From contig JBEKKT010000019.1 in assembly GCA_050010535.1 (NCBI GenBank), forward strand, positions 4,133 to 68,132: a DNA stretch of 64,000 bases, read 5' to 3'. The first letter of the stretch is position 1. Every line of letters begins with the position of its first letter. Below the pieces are notes generated by a model. The model did no database searches. It was not told where the DNA came from and was given only the letters and a program-made list of their open reading frames with translations. The stretch is from Methanomassiliicoccales archaeon. GTDB lineage: Archaea > Thermoplasmatota > Thermoplasmata > Methanomassiliicoccales > JACIVX01. Made by a program: the position numbers and the translations under genes. Below are positions 55,964-64,000 of this stretch, piece after piece.

Positions 55964-57333
55964 TGCTTTACCCCGAAGAATTCTGAATGTATAGCTCTTG
56001 TCGTCCTCTCGAGATCCTTTGAATCGACCGTGAAATGATACGCCACCATCGATGCCCCGGCGGAGATCATACCTACACTAACACCTTCTTTCGAGACTGC
56101 CGTGAAGACTCTAGCCGCGACGCCCTTACGGTATCCCAACCCCTCTCCCACGACGCAGAGAAGGGCGATGTCGTCGACCGTCTCTATCCTGTCGATGACA
56201 TCCCTTTTCAGGTCCACCAAGACCTTTTTCGCCGTTCCGAGGAACTTCTTCTCGATTAGTAGTGCAACGCAAGTTTGCGATGTTGCCGCCGAGTATATAT
56301 TCACGCCTGCGTCGCTCAACCTCTGCGAGATCTCATACATGACACCGGTCTTGTATCCCGCGCCAGCACCATACGCCTTGATGATCGCAAGGTTCCTCAT
56401 GCAGGAGATGCTCTTGATTGCGCCGCCCATCTCCACACCACTCGGCTCAATGACCGTCCCCTCCTTATCTGGCTCGAAAACGTTCTTGACCTTGATGATG
56501 ATGTTCTTCTCCCTGGCGGGTTCAACGGTCCTCGGGTGCAGGACCTTGGCGCCGAAATAGGAGAGCTCGGCGGCCTCGTCGTAGGAGAGGTTCTCGATCG
56601 TCACGGCCTCCTTGACGATCTTTGGGTCGACGCTCATGAACCCGTCCACATCTTTCCATATTTCCAGGACCCTTGCATCGATCGCATTCGCGATGACGCT
56701 GGCGCTGTAGTCGCTCCCGTTCCTCCCGAATACGGCCACGTGGCCTTCCGGTGTCCTCCCAAAGAACCCCGTCACGACGGGTGTCTCCTGCTTCTCGAAC
56801 ATGGCTCTTGTCTTCGGCTGAATGTTCTTCCTCGTCTCCTTGAGGTCGGCGGTCGCATTTCCATAAGTCCCTTCGGTCGTGATGCCGAGCTCATCCGCAT
56901 CCACCGGAACGGCGTTGACGCCCATGTCTTGGAGCATTGCGGCGGTGAGAATGACGGAGAATCTCTCTCCGAAGCTCTGGACGAGGTCCATGGTTCTCGG
57001 TGTGAGTTCCTCGAGATAGGAAATTCCATACAGCACTTTCTCAAGCTTGGAAAGACGTTCCATCAGACGCGTGATCGCCTGCTGTTTCGTCTCCATGTCT
57101 TTCGAAACACCTCCGAGGATTGACACGTGGATGTCCTTGAGCTTCTCGATGAAGTGCTGGACCTCCTCATCCCTTCTCGACTCGGAAACGAATGAGACGA
57201 TCGAATCCGTAACGCCCTGGACAGCGCTCACCACGACTACCTTTGGCTCGGGATCCGATGCGATGATTCTCCCGACCATCAGCATCGACTCGCTGTTCTT
57301 AAGAGAGCTACCCCCGAATTTCAGGACCTTCAT
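55960..57333 (-). CDS. lysC: Aspartate kinase (with C-terminal ACT domains)
   Basis: [16 protein letters not shown] and GRNGSDYSA motifs. 457 aa. 4-nt overlaps with both neighbours. Confidence 0.9.
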   Translation of the reverse strand: MKVLKFGGSSLKNSESMLMVGRIIASDPEPKVVVVSAVQGVTDSIVSFVSESRRDEEVQHFIEKLKDIHVSILGGVSKDMETKQQAITRLMERLSKLEKVLYGISYLEELTPRTMDLVQSFGERFSVILTAAMLQDMGVNAVPVDADELGITTEGTYGNATADLKETRKNIQPKTRAMFEKQETPVVTGFFGRTPEGHVAVFGRNGSDYSASVIANAIDARVLEIWKDVDGFMSVDPKIVKEAVTIENLSYDEAAELSYFGAKVLHPRTVEPAREKNIIIKVKNVFEPDKEGTVIEPSGVEMGGAIKSISCMRNLAIIKAYGAGAGYKTGVMYEISQRLSDAGVNIYSAATSQTCVALLIEKKFLGTAKKVLVDLKRDVIDRIETVDDIALLCVVGEGLGYRKGVAARVFTAVSKEGVSVGMISAGASMVAYHFTVDSKDLERTTRAIHSEFFGVKQ

Positions 57334-57989
57334 CTCTTGCGAATCCTCCTCATGACCTCGAGCGGCGTCTTCCTGACTGCCCTCTCCGCCTCCGCTTTGG
57401 AGAGCCCGGCGGCCAGCCCTCTGATTATCGCCTCGTCCTCGCTCAACAGATCCTCAGGCGCATGCGCGTCGGTGTTGACGACCATCCTGGCGCCGGTCTC
57501 CATCGCGAGTTTCGCGACGTGCCCGTTCGTGGCAGAGTGTGCGATCCGAGATGTGATCTCGAGCACGATGGCGTTGTCCTTCGCCGCCTGGGCCTCTTCA
57601 AGCGTTATGAATCCGGGGTGGGCGAGAACGTCTACGTCCGGGTTGTTGACAGCTGCGCGATTCGTCCCCCCCTCCACAGGCTCGCTGATGGTTTCACCGT
57701 GAACGACCACGAGTTCCGCTCCCAATCTCCTGGCCTCAGCCACGACCATATCGATCTTCGAAACGGGGACGTGCGTGATCTCGACCCCGAGGATTGCCTC
57801 AATGTCCCATTCTTCTGCGAGGTCGCAGTCCTTTGAGGTCTCCTTGATGACCCTCTCGATCGTGGAAAGCGAGACATGATCGGTGAACGCGATGCCGCTA
57901 TGTCCTTTGGCAAGAGCTCTTCTGGCGAGCTCGATCGGCAGCAGCTCGCCATCGCTCAACAAAGTGTGAGTGTGAAGGTCGATCCTCAT
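57330..57989 (-). CDS. PHP-domain phosphoesterase, candidate histidinol-phosphate phosphatase
   Basis: [14 protein letters not shown]...AFTDH...HGE...NTDAH metal-binding motifs of the PHP family. Embedded in the his operon. Start trimmed to 57989. Confidence 0.7.
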   Translation of the reverse strand: MRIDLHTHTLLSDGELLPIELARRALAKGHSGIAFTDHVSLSTIERVIKETSKDCDLAEEWDIEAILGVEITHVPVSKIDMVVAEARRLGAELVVVHGETISEPVEGGTNRAAVNNPDVDVLAHPGFITLEEAQAAKDNAIVLEITSRIAHSATNGHVAKLAMETGARMVVNTDAHAPEDLLSEDEAIIRGLAAGLSKAEAERAVRKTPLEVMRRIRKR

Positions 57990-58591
57990 TTTCTCCTCTC
58001 TGACAGTTGCCTGAATACTTCCTCCGGTTGAAGTTCGAGGTGCTCCATTAGGACCATCAGATGGTACATCAGGTCCGCCACTTCCCAAGTCTGGGCTTTT
58101 CTATCTTCGCCCTTCGCGGAGATCACGACCTCTGCCGCCTCCTCCACGACCTTCTTCAGCAGCTTGTCCTCATCCTGAAACAGGATGTAGGTATAGCTCC
58201 CCTCTGTCGGGTGCTTCTTCCGGTCCTCTATGACCCTTCTCAGCTCGGGGATTATCGCTGCAGTGCCAGCGATGTCGCCATAGAGTATCTCTTCGAAGCA
58301 GGAGGGTCTGTCGAGGTGGCAGGCGTTCCCGGTCTGCTTCACCCTGACGAGGAGGGCATCGGAATCGCAATCGAGCTGTATCGAGACGATATCCTGCACA
58401 TCCCCGGAGCTCTCGCCCTTCATCCAGAGCTTCTGCCTGGATCTGCTCCAGAAGTGGGTCTTCCCGGTCTCGAGCATCTTGTTGTACGCCTCCTCGTTCG
58501 CGTATGCCATCATCAGTACTTCATTCGTCCTGGCATCCTGAACGATGACAGGTATGAGGCCGTCCTTGTCAAGCTTGAAGGGAAGCGTCAT
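57986..58591 (-). CDS. hisI: Bifunctional phosphoribosyl-AMP cyclohydrolase / phosphoribosyl-ATP pyrophosphatase
   Basis: [25 protein letters not shown]...[17 protein letters not shown] (HisI part), then SYTYILF...[10 protein letters not shown] (HisE part). Start trimmed to MTLPFKL. Confidence 0.9.
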   Translation of the reverse strand: MTLPFKLDKDGLIPVIVQDARTNEVLMMAYANEEAYNKMLETGKTHFWSRSRQKLWMKGESSGDVQDIVSIQLDCDSDALLVRVKQTGNACHLDRPSCFEEILYGDIAGTAAIIPELRRVIEDRKKHPTEGSYTYILFQDEDKLLKKVVEEAAEVVISAKGEDRKAQTWEVADLMYHLMVLMEHLELQPEEVFRQLSERRK

Positions 58592-59340
58592 CTCACTCTC
58601 ACCCCTCTCTCCCGAAGGTAGTCCTTGACGTCGCCAACCGTGTACTTCCCGTAATGGAATATAGACGCCGCGAGCGCCGCCTCCGCGTTCGTCTGGTTGA
58701 AGACCTCGTAAATGTGCTCGAGTTTGCCGCAGCCGCCCGATGCTATTACGGGGACATTCACGGCATCGGCGATCGCTGACGTGAGCTTCAAGTCGTACCC
58801 GTCCTGAGTCCCATCCGCGTCCATGCTGGTCAGGAGTACTTCCCCAGCACCAAGTTCCTCCGCCTTGATCGCCCATTCGACTGCATCAAGCGATGTCCTT
58901 TTCCTTCCGCCGTGCGTATACACGATCCAGGAAGCGTCATCCTTCTTCGCATCGATCGCCACGACGACGCACTGCCTTCCGAAATCCTCCGCACATTCGG
59001 AAATCGTCTCGGGATGCTGGACCGCCACCGTATTGATCGAGACCTTGTCCGCTCCTGCATTGAGCGCGTCCCTCACGTCTTTTCTTCCTCCGATACCCCC
59101 GCCGACCGTCAAGGGAACGAACAGCCTCTCTGCGGTCTTTTTCACGACGTCCAGGAGTGTCTTCCTTCCTTCGACGCTGGCCGAGATGTCCAGGAACACT
59201 ATCTCATCGGCCCCTTGTTTCTCATACTCGGTCGCCATGTCCGGTGGATAACCGACACCTTTAAGGTTCTGGAACTTGACGCCCTTGACCACCTTCCCCT
59301 CGGTCACGTCGAGGCAGGGGATGATCCTTTTCGCCAGCAG
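58588..59340 (-). CDS. hisF: Imidazole glycerol phosphate synthase cyclase subunit (start codon non-canonical or unresolved)
   Basis: [21 protein letters not shown] and VIASGG motifs. The only in-frame ATG is at 59550, 69 codons upstream and inside hisB. The conserved N-terminus begins at ATA-GCG-CTG-CTG-GCG (59346-59332). Confidence 0.88.
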   Translation of the reverse strand: MLAKRIIPCLDVTEGKVVKGVKFQNLKGVGYPPDMATEYEKQGADEIVFLDISASVEGRKTLLDVVKKTAERLFVPLTVGGGIGGRKDVRDALNAGADKVSINTVAVQHPETISECAEDFGRQCVVVAIDAKKDDASWIVYTHGGRKRTSLDAVEWAIKAEELGAGEVLLTSMDADGTQDGYDLKLTSAIADAVNVPVIASGGCGKLEHIYEVFNQTNAEAALAASIFHYGKYTVGDVKDYLRERGVRVR

Positions 59341-59342
59341 CG

Positions 59343-59897
59343 CTATTCCCTCCTCATCTTCGGCTTGTCCTTCGTACTGAGCAGGTTCGTGCGCTGGATG
59401 ACGGCCTTCCTTAATGAGATCCCCAGCGCCTTGAAGCCCGCCTCGACTATATGATGCTCGTCGAACCCTCTCCCGACAATGATGTGCAAAGTGATGCCAG
59501 CGGACATCGCGAAGCTTCTGAAGAAGTGTAGACAAAGGTCGTCCGGGCACTCGACGTCCACATAAGGCCTGTCGATCATGTCCACTGCCGCGGTCACTAG
59601 CGCGTCGTCCATCGGCACCGTCGCTGACGCGATCCTCTCGATTGGCTGGTCTCCGATCGCCTGGCTCAGTGCGGAACCGAGCACGATCCCGGCGTCTTCG
59701 ACCACATGGTGTTTATTGTCACCGACCGCTTTCAACTCGAGATCAAAAGAGGCATACTTCACGAGGGTCTCCACCATATGCCTTAGGAATTGGTCCTCGC
59801 ACTGGACAACGCTTCTTCCGGTGCCGTCGAGTTTTATTGCTATTTCTATGTCGGTCTCCCTCGTCTGTCTTCGCACCTTCGCCTCCCTAGTCCCCAT
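59343..59897 (-). CDS. hisB: Imidazoleglycerol-phosphate dehydratase
   Basis: [17 protein letters not shown] and [18 protein letters not shown] motifs. 184 aa. Confidence 0.92.
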   Translation of the reverse strand: MGTREAKVRRQTRETDIEIAIKLDGTGRSVVQCEDQFLRHMVETLVKYASFDLELKAVGDNKHHVVEDAGIVLGSALSQAIGDQPIERIASATVPMDDALVTAAVDMIDRPYVDVECPDDLCLHFFRSFAMSAGITLHIIVGRGFDEHHIVEAGFKALGISLRKAVIQRTNLLSTKDKPKMRRE

Positions 59898-60609
59898 GCA
59901 TACCGCCCCAGATCTTCTCGGGATTGATGTCCCCCGTGTAGAGCGCCATGCCGACTATCGCGACCTGCGCCCCAAGCTCAGCAAGTAGAAGGATGTCATC
60001 CATATTCTTTATTCCGCCAGAGGCCACGACCGGGTGAGGGCAAGACCGAATGAATTTCCCCATCTCCTCTGGATCGATGCCGACGCCCCTTCCCTCTACG
60101 TCGACGTTCGTGTGCAGGACGCCAGCCAACGGCACGTCCCGTATATTCTCGAACAGGTCGCCGATCCTCATCAGGGACGATTCTTGCCATCCCTTCAGCT
60201 GCACCTTGCCCCCTTTCATATCAATAGCGAGCACGATCCTCCGAGGGTAGTCTGCCGTCACTTCCTTCAGCCATTCCAGCTCTCTGATCGCTCTCGTTCC
60301 AAGAACTACCTTGTCCACACCCCATCCGATAAGGTCATCGACGGTCTCCGTCGACCTAATGCCGCCCCCAACTTGGACGGGGATCGAGACCCTCTTGATA
60401 ATCCTTTCAATCGTCCCGAGGTTCTCGCCCCTGTCAAGTGCTCCGTCCAGATCGACGACGTGCAGGCCAGGCGCCCGGAACTTCTCCCATCTCCTTGCGA
60501 CTTCAACGGGATCGGGAAGGACCACCTTCTCTGTGCCGGGTTTCCCCCCTACGAGCTGCACTGCCTTGCCGTCCATGATGTCGACTGCGGGCAGGACGAT
60601 CAGATGCAT
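59887..60609 (-). CDS. hisA: ProFAR isomerase (1-(5-phosphoribosyl)-5-[(5-phosphoribosylamino)methylideneamino]imidazole-4-carboxamide isomerase)
   Basis: VLPAVDIMDGKAVQLVGG, VQVGGGIRS and VVASGGI motifs. 240 aa. Confidence 0.92.
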   Translation of the reverse strand: MHLIVLPAVDIMDGKAVQLVGGKPGTEKVVLPDPVEVARRWEKFRAPGLHVVDLDGALDRGENLGTIERIIKRVSIPVQVGGGIRSTETVDDLIGWGVDKVVLGTRAIRELEWLKEVTADYPRRIVLAIDMKGGKVQLKGWQESSLMRIGDLFENIRDVPLAGVLHTNVDVEGRGVGIDPEEMGKFIRSCPHPVVASGGIKNMDDILLLAELGAQVAIVGMALYTGDINPEKIWGGMHGD

Positions 60610-61199
60610 TCCTCCGCGAACATGACGAAGTTCTCAAGGAATCTCATGCCGGACGCGCTGCTCTTCTCCGGGTGGAACTGGGTCCCGTACGTATTCGCCT
60701 TCCTGAATAGCGTAGGGAATCTGGAGTGGTATTCCGTCGTTCCGACAACGACGTCCTCTTCAGGATTGCCGTAATATGAATGTGCGAAGTAGAAGTGCCT
60801 GGATTCAATTCCTCGGAATATGTCGTCATCGGTCTCCACGGTGTTCCACCCCATGTGGGGAACTCTCTTACCGCTCAGCCTTACGACCCTTCCGGATATG
60901 AAGCCGAGTCCAGGGCTCGAGCCCTCTTCGCTGCCCTCGAACAGGATCTGCGCCCCTATGCATATCCCGAGGCACGGAACGCTAGAATCGAGTCGCTTCA
61001 CGATGTCCTCTTTGTAAGGAAGGAGTTTCTCCATCGTGCGGCTGAACGCTCCTACGCCGGGGAGCACGACGCACTCCGCATCAATCAGGCCTTTCATCCT
61101 GGTCAGGACCTTCACCTTCGCCCCGCAGTTCTCCAAGGCCTTGCGGATGCTGTGAAGGTTCCCGACACCGTAGTCGGCGAGCGAGATGTTCACCGGCAC
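60600..61199 (-). CDS. hisH: Imidazole glycerol phosphate synthase glutamine amidotransferase subunit
   Basis: DYGVGNLHSI, LPGVGAF, LGICIGAQ (catalytic Cys) and QFHPEKS motifs. 199 aa. Confidence 0.92.
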   Translation of the reverse strand: MPVNISLADYGVGNLHSIRKALENCGAKVKVLTRMKGLIDAECVVLPGVGAFSRTMEKLLPYKEDIVKRLDSSVPCLGICIGAQILFEGSEEGSSPGLGFISGRVVRLSGKRVPHMGWNTVETDDDIFRGIESRHFYFAHSYYGNPEEDVVVGTTEYHSRFPTLFRKANTYGTQFHPEKSSASGMRFLENFVMFAEECI

Positions 61200-62239
61200 T
61201 CCCCAAGCACCTCCGCGAGTTTAGTCAGCAAACGTGCACTCATCTCCGCGGTGCCTATCGTGATCCTGACACAATTCTCCAGCATTCTCAACCTGCCGAA
61301 GTCTCTAATGAGGATCCCCTTCTTTGCGAGATCAGAAACGAGCTTCTCGGACGGTATCGGGGACCTGGCGAGAACGAAGTTGGCATCCGAAGGAAATACA
61401 TCGAATCCAAGCGTCCTTAACCCTTCCGACAGCAGACCTCGGTTCTTCTCAACCATTTGGACAGTCTTCCTGACGTACTCCCTGTCCTTCAATGCGGCGA
61501 TGGCTACTCTCTCACTCAACAAGTTGAGGCTCAATGGCGTCTTGGCTCTTAGAAGGGTCTGGGCGAGACTCTTGTTCGATACGGCATACCCCACCCTCAT
61601 TCCCGCCAACCCGTAAGCCTTCGAGAAAGTTCTCGTGACGATAAGGTTGGCGCAATCGTTGACCAGCGGAATGAAGGAGTCCTTGATGAACTCGCCGTAG
61701 GCCTCGTCCACGATAATCGGTCTGTCTCTACCCTCGACAATCTCCTTGATATCCTTACTCCTGAACGCGTTCGCCGTTGGATTGTTGGGCGTGCACAGAA
61801 GAACAATCTTGCCGTCCGTACTGTTGATTTCGTCCGGGTCCAGCTGAAAGCCTTCCTTCAAGTCCACCTGGATAATCTTTCCAGCGTTCACTTTCACGAA
61901 GAATGAGTGGAGGGCGTACGTAGGATAAGGTATGACGACCTTCTCCCCGCACTGAAGGAGCGTCTTGAAGCAAACGTCCAACATCTCGTCCGAGCCGTTG
62001 CCAGCCACGAAGTTGTCCGTCTCGAGACCGTAGAACTCGGCTAGGGCCTCCCTCAATGGGTCCGAGTACGTCGTCGGATAGAAGTTGACATCCGTCTCGG
62101 CCAATTCCTTGAGCACTCTACTCGCGACTGGATTGGGTCCGAGGAGATTCGCGTTGTTGTCCATCCGGAACGCGTTGATTTTTGGATTGTAATAAAGGGT
62201 GGCGCCTCGCATTGACGATCGTATCCATTCCTCGCTCAT
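61190..62239 (-). CDS. hisC: Histidinol-phosphate aminotransferase
   Basis: NANLLGP, GNGSDE, PNNPT and RTFSKAYGLAGMRVGY (PLP lysine) motifs. 349 aa. Confidence 0.9.
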   Translation of the reverse strand: MSEEWIRSSMRGATLYYNPKINAFRMDNNANLLGPNPVASRVLKELAETDVNFYPTTYSDPLREALAEFYGLETDNFVAGNGSDEMLDVCFKTLLQCGEKVVIPYPTYALHSFFVKVNAGKIIQVDLKEGFQLDPDEINSTDGKIVLLCTPNNPTANAFRSKDIKEIVEGRDRPIIVDEAYGEFIKDSFIPLVNDCANLIVTRTFSKAYGLAGMRVGYAVSNKSLAQTLLRAKTPLSLNLLSERVAIAALKDREYVRKTVQMVEKNRGLLSEGLRTLGFDVFPSDANFVLARSPIPSEKLVSDLAKKGILIRDFGRLRMLENCVRITIGTAEMSARLLTKLAEVLGECR

Positions 62240-62249
62240 GTCAAATCCC

Positions 62250-63113
62250 CTACGGAACCATACGGTCTATCGGGACGATGAGTATGCCAGTGGCGCCAAG
62301 GCGCTTCAGCCTGATAACCGAATCGTGAACCTTGTTCTTATCGACCACAACGTGTATCGCCACGATATCGTCCCTGCCCATGATGTTCATTATCGTGGGT
62401 CCTGCTATCCCAGGCAAGAACTTCTTGACGTCTTCCAGTGATTTGACTGGAACGTCCGCCATCAGGTATTTCTTGTTCTCTGCATCGGACACGCTCTTGA
62501 TCGCCGCCACGAGCTCCTGCATCTCGCCCTTCTTCGATTTGACGCTCTTCTTGTTCCCTATGAGCAGTGCTCTCGATTCCACAACGACATCGATCTCCTT
62601 GAGGCCGTTAGTCTTGAGGGTGGAACCGCTCGAGACCAGGTCCACTATAAGATCGGCAACGCCTATCCTCGGTGTGACCTCCGCGGCTCCCGAGATTCTC
62701 GCAATCTCGACCTTCTTTCCCTTCTTGGCGAAGTACTTCTTTGTCAAGTTTGGGAATGAAGTGGCGACGACCGACCCGTTCCTCACATCCTTGATGGAGT
62801 CGATTCCGGAGCTCTCCGGGACCGCCACAGCCAGGTGGCAGTATCCGAAGTTCAGTTCGATCAATGTCGTGACATCCGATCCGGCCTCCAATACGAGGTC
62901 CTTTCCAGTGATTCCGAGGTCCACAGCGCCCTGATGCACGAACCGAACGATGTCCTGCGCTCTCAAGAACATGATCGCAAGGTCCCTGTTCTTGATTGCC
63001 GCGAACAGCTTTCGGTCTGATCCGTCGTCGATCTCCAGGCCAGCTTGTCTCAGTATCTGGACGGACCTCTCGCTCAACCTCCCTTTGTTCGGCACGGCAA
63101 ACCTCAGTGTCAT
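62250..63113 (-). CDS. hisG: ATP phosphoribosyltransferase (long form with C-terminal regulatory domain)
   Basis: LRFAVPNKGRL, DLGITG and DLVSSGSTL motifs. Start trimmed to MTLRFAVP at 63113. Confidence 0.9.
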   Translation of the reverse strand: MTLRFAVPNKGRLSERSVQILRQAGLEIDDGSDRKLFAAIKNRDLAIMFLRAQDIVRFVHQGAVDLGITGKDLVLEAGSDVTTLIELNFGYCHLAVAVPESSGIDSIKDVRNGSVVATSFPNLTKKYFAKKGKKVEIARISGAAEVTPRIGVADLIVDLVSSGSTLKTNGLKEIDVVVESRALLIGNKKSVKSKKGEMQELVAAIKSVSDAENKKYLMADVPVKSLEDVKKFLPGIAGPTIMNIMGRDDIVAIHVVVDKNKVHDSVIRLKRLGATGILIVPIDRMVP

Positions 63114-63210
63114 GTGTTCACCTGTAGCACTCCTCCACATAATGGGAAATCTCTACTTATACGTATCTGAATCCAGTTACTCATCCAGAAGTCGAAACGT
63201 CGTCCTGGAA

Positions 63211-63942
63211 TCAAAAGCTAAGATCGCGTTTCGCGATGTCCCTAATCCGCACTTCCGATCCGACCAACTTGGGAATGGATCCTTTGACGGCGATCTTGTC
63301 CCCGATTATGACGATCGCCCCCTCTACCCCTTCTATAGCGCACACTCTATCGAGAGCGCCCATTAACACACCATTATCAGCAGACGTCACCAAGTTTCCG
63401 AGATATGTCGCACAGGCGTCGGCAAGGGCAACTTCCTCCGAGACGACGGTCGCTGCGTCCGATATGCCGAACGAGATTGAAGGTCCGACAGTGCCAGATG
63501 AAGTGCAAATACCGAATATCGAATTGCGAGGCTCGCACCGGAAGCCAAGATCCTTCACATCCGACTCCCCTGCGTACAACCCGACAGTCACCGGCTCCGA
63601 GAGATAGAAGGCGATATCGCCCCCGTTATCTACGATTGCCTGTCTCGCTCCCCTCTTGACCATCGCCCGCACCGCCTCTTCCGCAATAACACCCGCGACC
63701 GTCGCCATCGGTCCCACGCCCGCGGGCCTCGACGCATCGCACATTCTCTTTATGATTGGATGGATTCCAGAGGGTGGATCGTAAGGCTCCAGGGTGTTGA
63801 GGAAGATTGGGTCGGTCCGTATGAATCTCTTTATCTCCTCACGGGCGTCCAAGATGGCATCCTTGGCGATGTGGACGAACTCCGGCTCGGAGACGATCGT
63901 GACGGCCGTCTCGTCCATTTCGAAATGCGTCCTGATTACCAT
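63211..63942 (-). CDS. UPF0280 / ApbE-like superfamily protein
   Basis: AGVGPMATVAGVIAEEAV...VDNGGDIA...TSSGTVGPSISFG pattern is typical of archaeal UPF0280 proteins. Start trimmed to MVIRTHFE. Confidence 0.6.
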   Translation of the reverse strand: MVIRTHFEMDETAVTIVSEPEFVHIAKDAILDAREEIKRFIRTDPIFLNTLEPYDPPSGIHPIIKRMCDASRPAGVGPMATVAGVIAEEAVRAMVKRGARQAIVDNGGDIAFYLSEPVTVGLYAGESDVKDLGFRCEPRNSIFGICTSSGTVGPSISFGISDAATVVSEEVALADACATYLGNLVTSADNGVLMGALDRVCAIEGVEGAIVIIGDKIAVKGSIPKLVGSEVRIRDIAKRDLSF

Positions 63943-64000
63943 ATTCGCAACTTCATTGCGTTCGGAGGGCACGCATCGAGGCAAAGGCCGCATGCAATAC

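Noticed and set aside
56275-61616. Long plus-strand ORFs inside the his/lysC operon (56275..57123, 60034..60774, 60780..61616)
   Set aside because: All are antisense to genes with unambiguous enzyme motifs. Their translations are Arg/Pro/Asp-rich with no motifs, so they are GC-driven open antisense frames.

Overview
Dense, mostly housekeeping 64-kb chromosomal segment of an archaeon, roughly mid-50s % GC by eye, with about 65 genes. The archaeal origin is inferred from gene content: archaeosine synthase ArcS, RNA polymerase subunit L, diphthine synthase, Trm5, Hef-type helicase, ATP-dependent DNA ligase, Mre11/Rad50 and an intron-containing tRNA. No finer lineage can be proven without searches. 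TAG is a common stop codon here, so this is not a TAG-depleted pyrrolysine genome.

All family calls come from reading the supplied translations and recognising motifs. No BLAST or HMM search was possible.

Main content:
- A >1449-aa surface protein (signal peptide, FG-GAP repeats, PKD modules, TM helix). It is absent from the ORF track because it runs off the left edge.
- pyrBI.
- A six-gene TusA/DsrE-family sulfur-relay operon next to an HTH regulator.
- arcS and an intron-containing tRNA, probably Gly(UCC).
- A ~1440-aa TPR protein ending in an eight-ligand zinc module.
- truD, rpoL, lig, hef.
- A DUF2099, LarA-like and UxaA-like cluster.
- An APC permease fused to tandem USP domains.
- ADP-forming acetyl-CoA synthetase with a Pta-N-terminal-like partner.
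- mre11-rad50, a CDGSH Fe-S protein, a divergent FtsZ-like paralogue, dph5, trm5, dcd, hypF and gcvH.
- Two flavin-reductase paralogues flanking mtnP.
- A ten-gene overlapping operon on the minus strand: hisG-C-H-A-B-F-IE, a PHP phosphatase, lysC and pheA.

No transposase, integrase, CRISPR array or recognisable defence system was found.

The most unusual signals:
- Four clearly disrupted genes plus one possible case: a DsrE-like gene, the UxaA large subunit with about 7 lesions, a THEP1 NTPase, a SAM methyltransferase with an in-frame TGA, and possibly an OB-HD nuclease. Three of the indels sit at G5 runs.
- The permuted sulfur-relay operon.
- The degenerate FtsZ paralogue.
- Two conserved genes (hisF and an aminotransferase) with no canonical start codon directly after an upstream stop.
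- A repeat- and hairpin-rich gap upstream of mre11.
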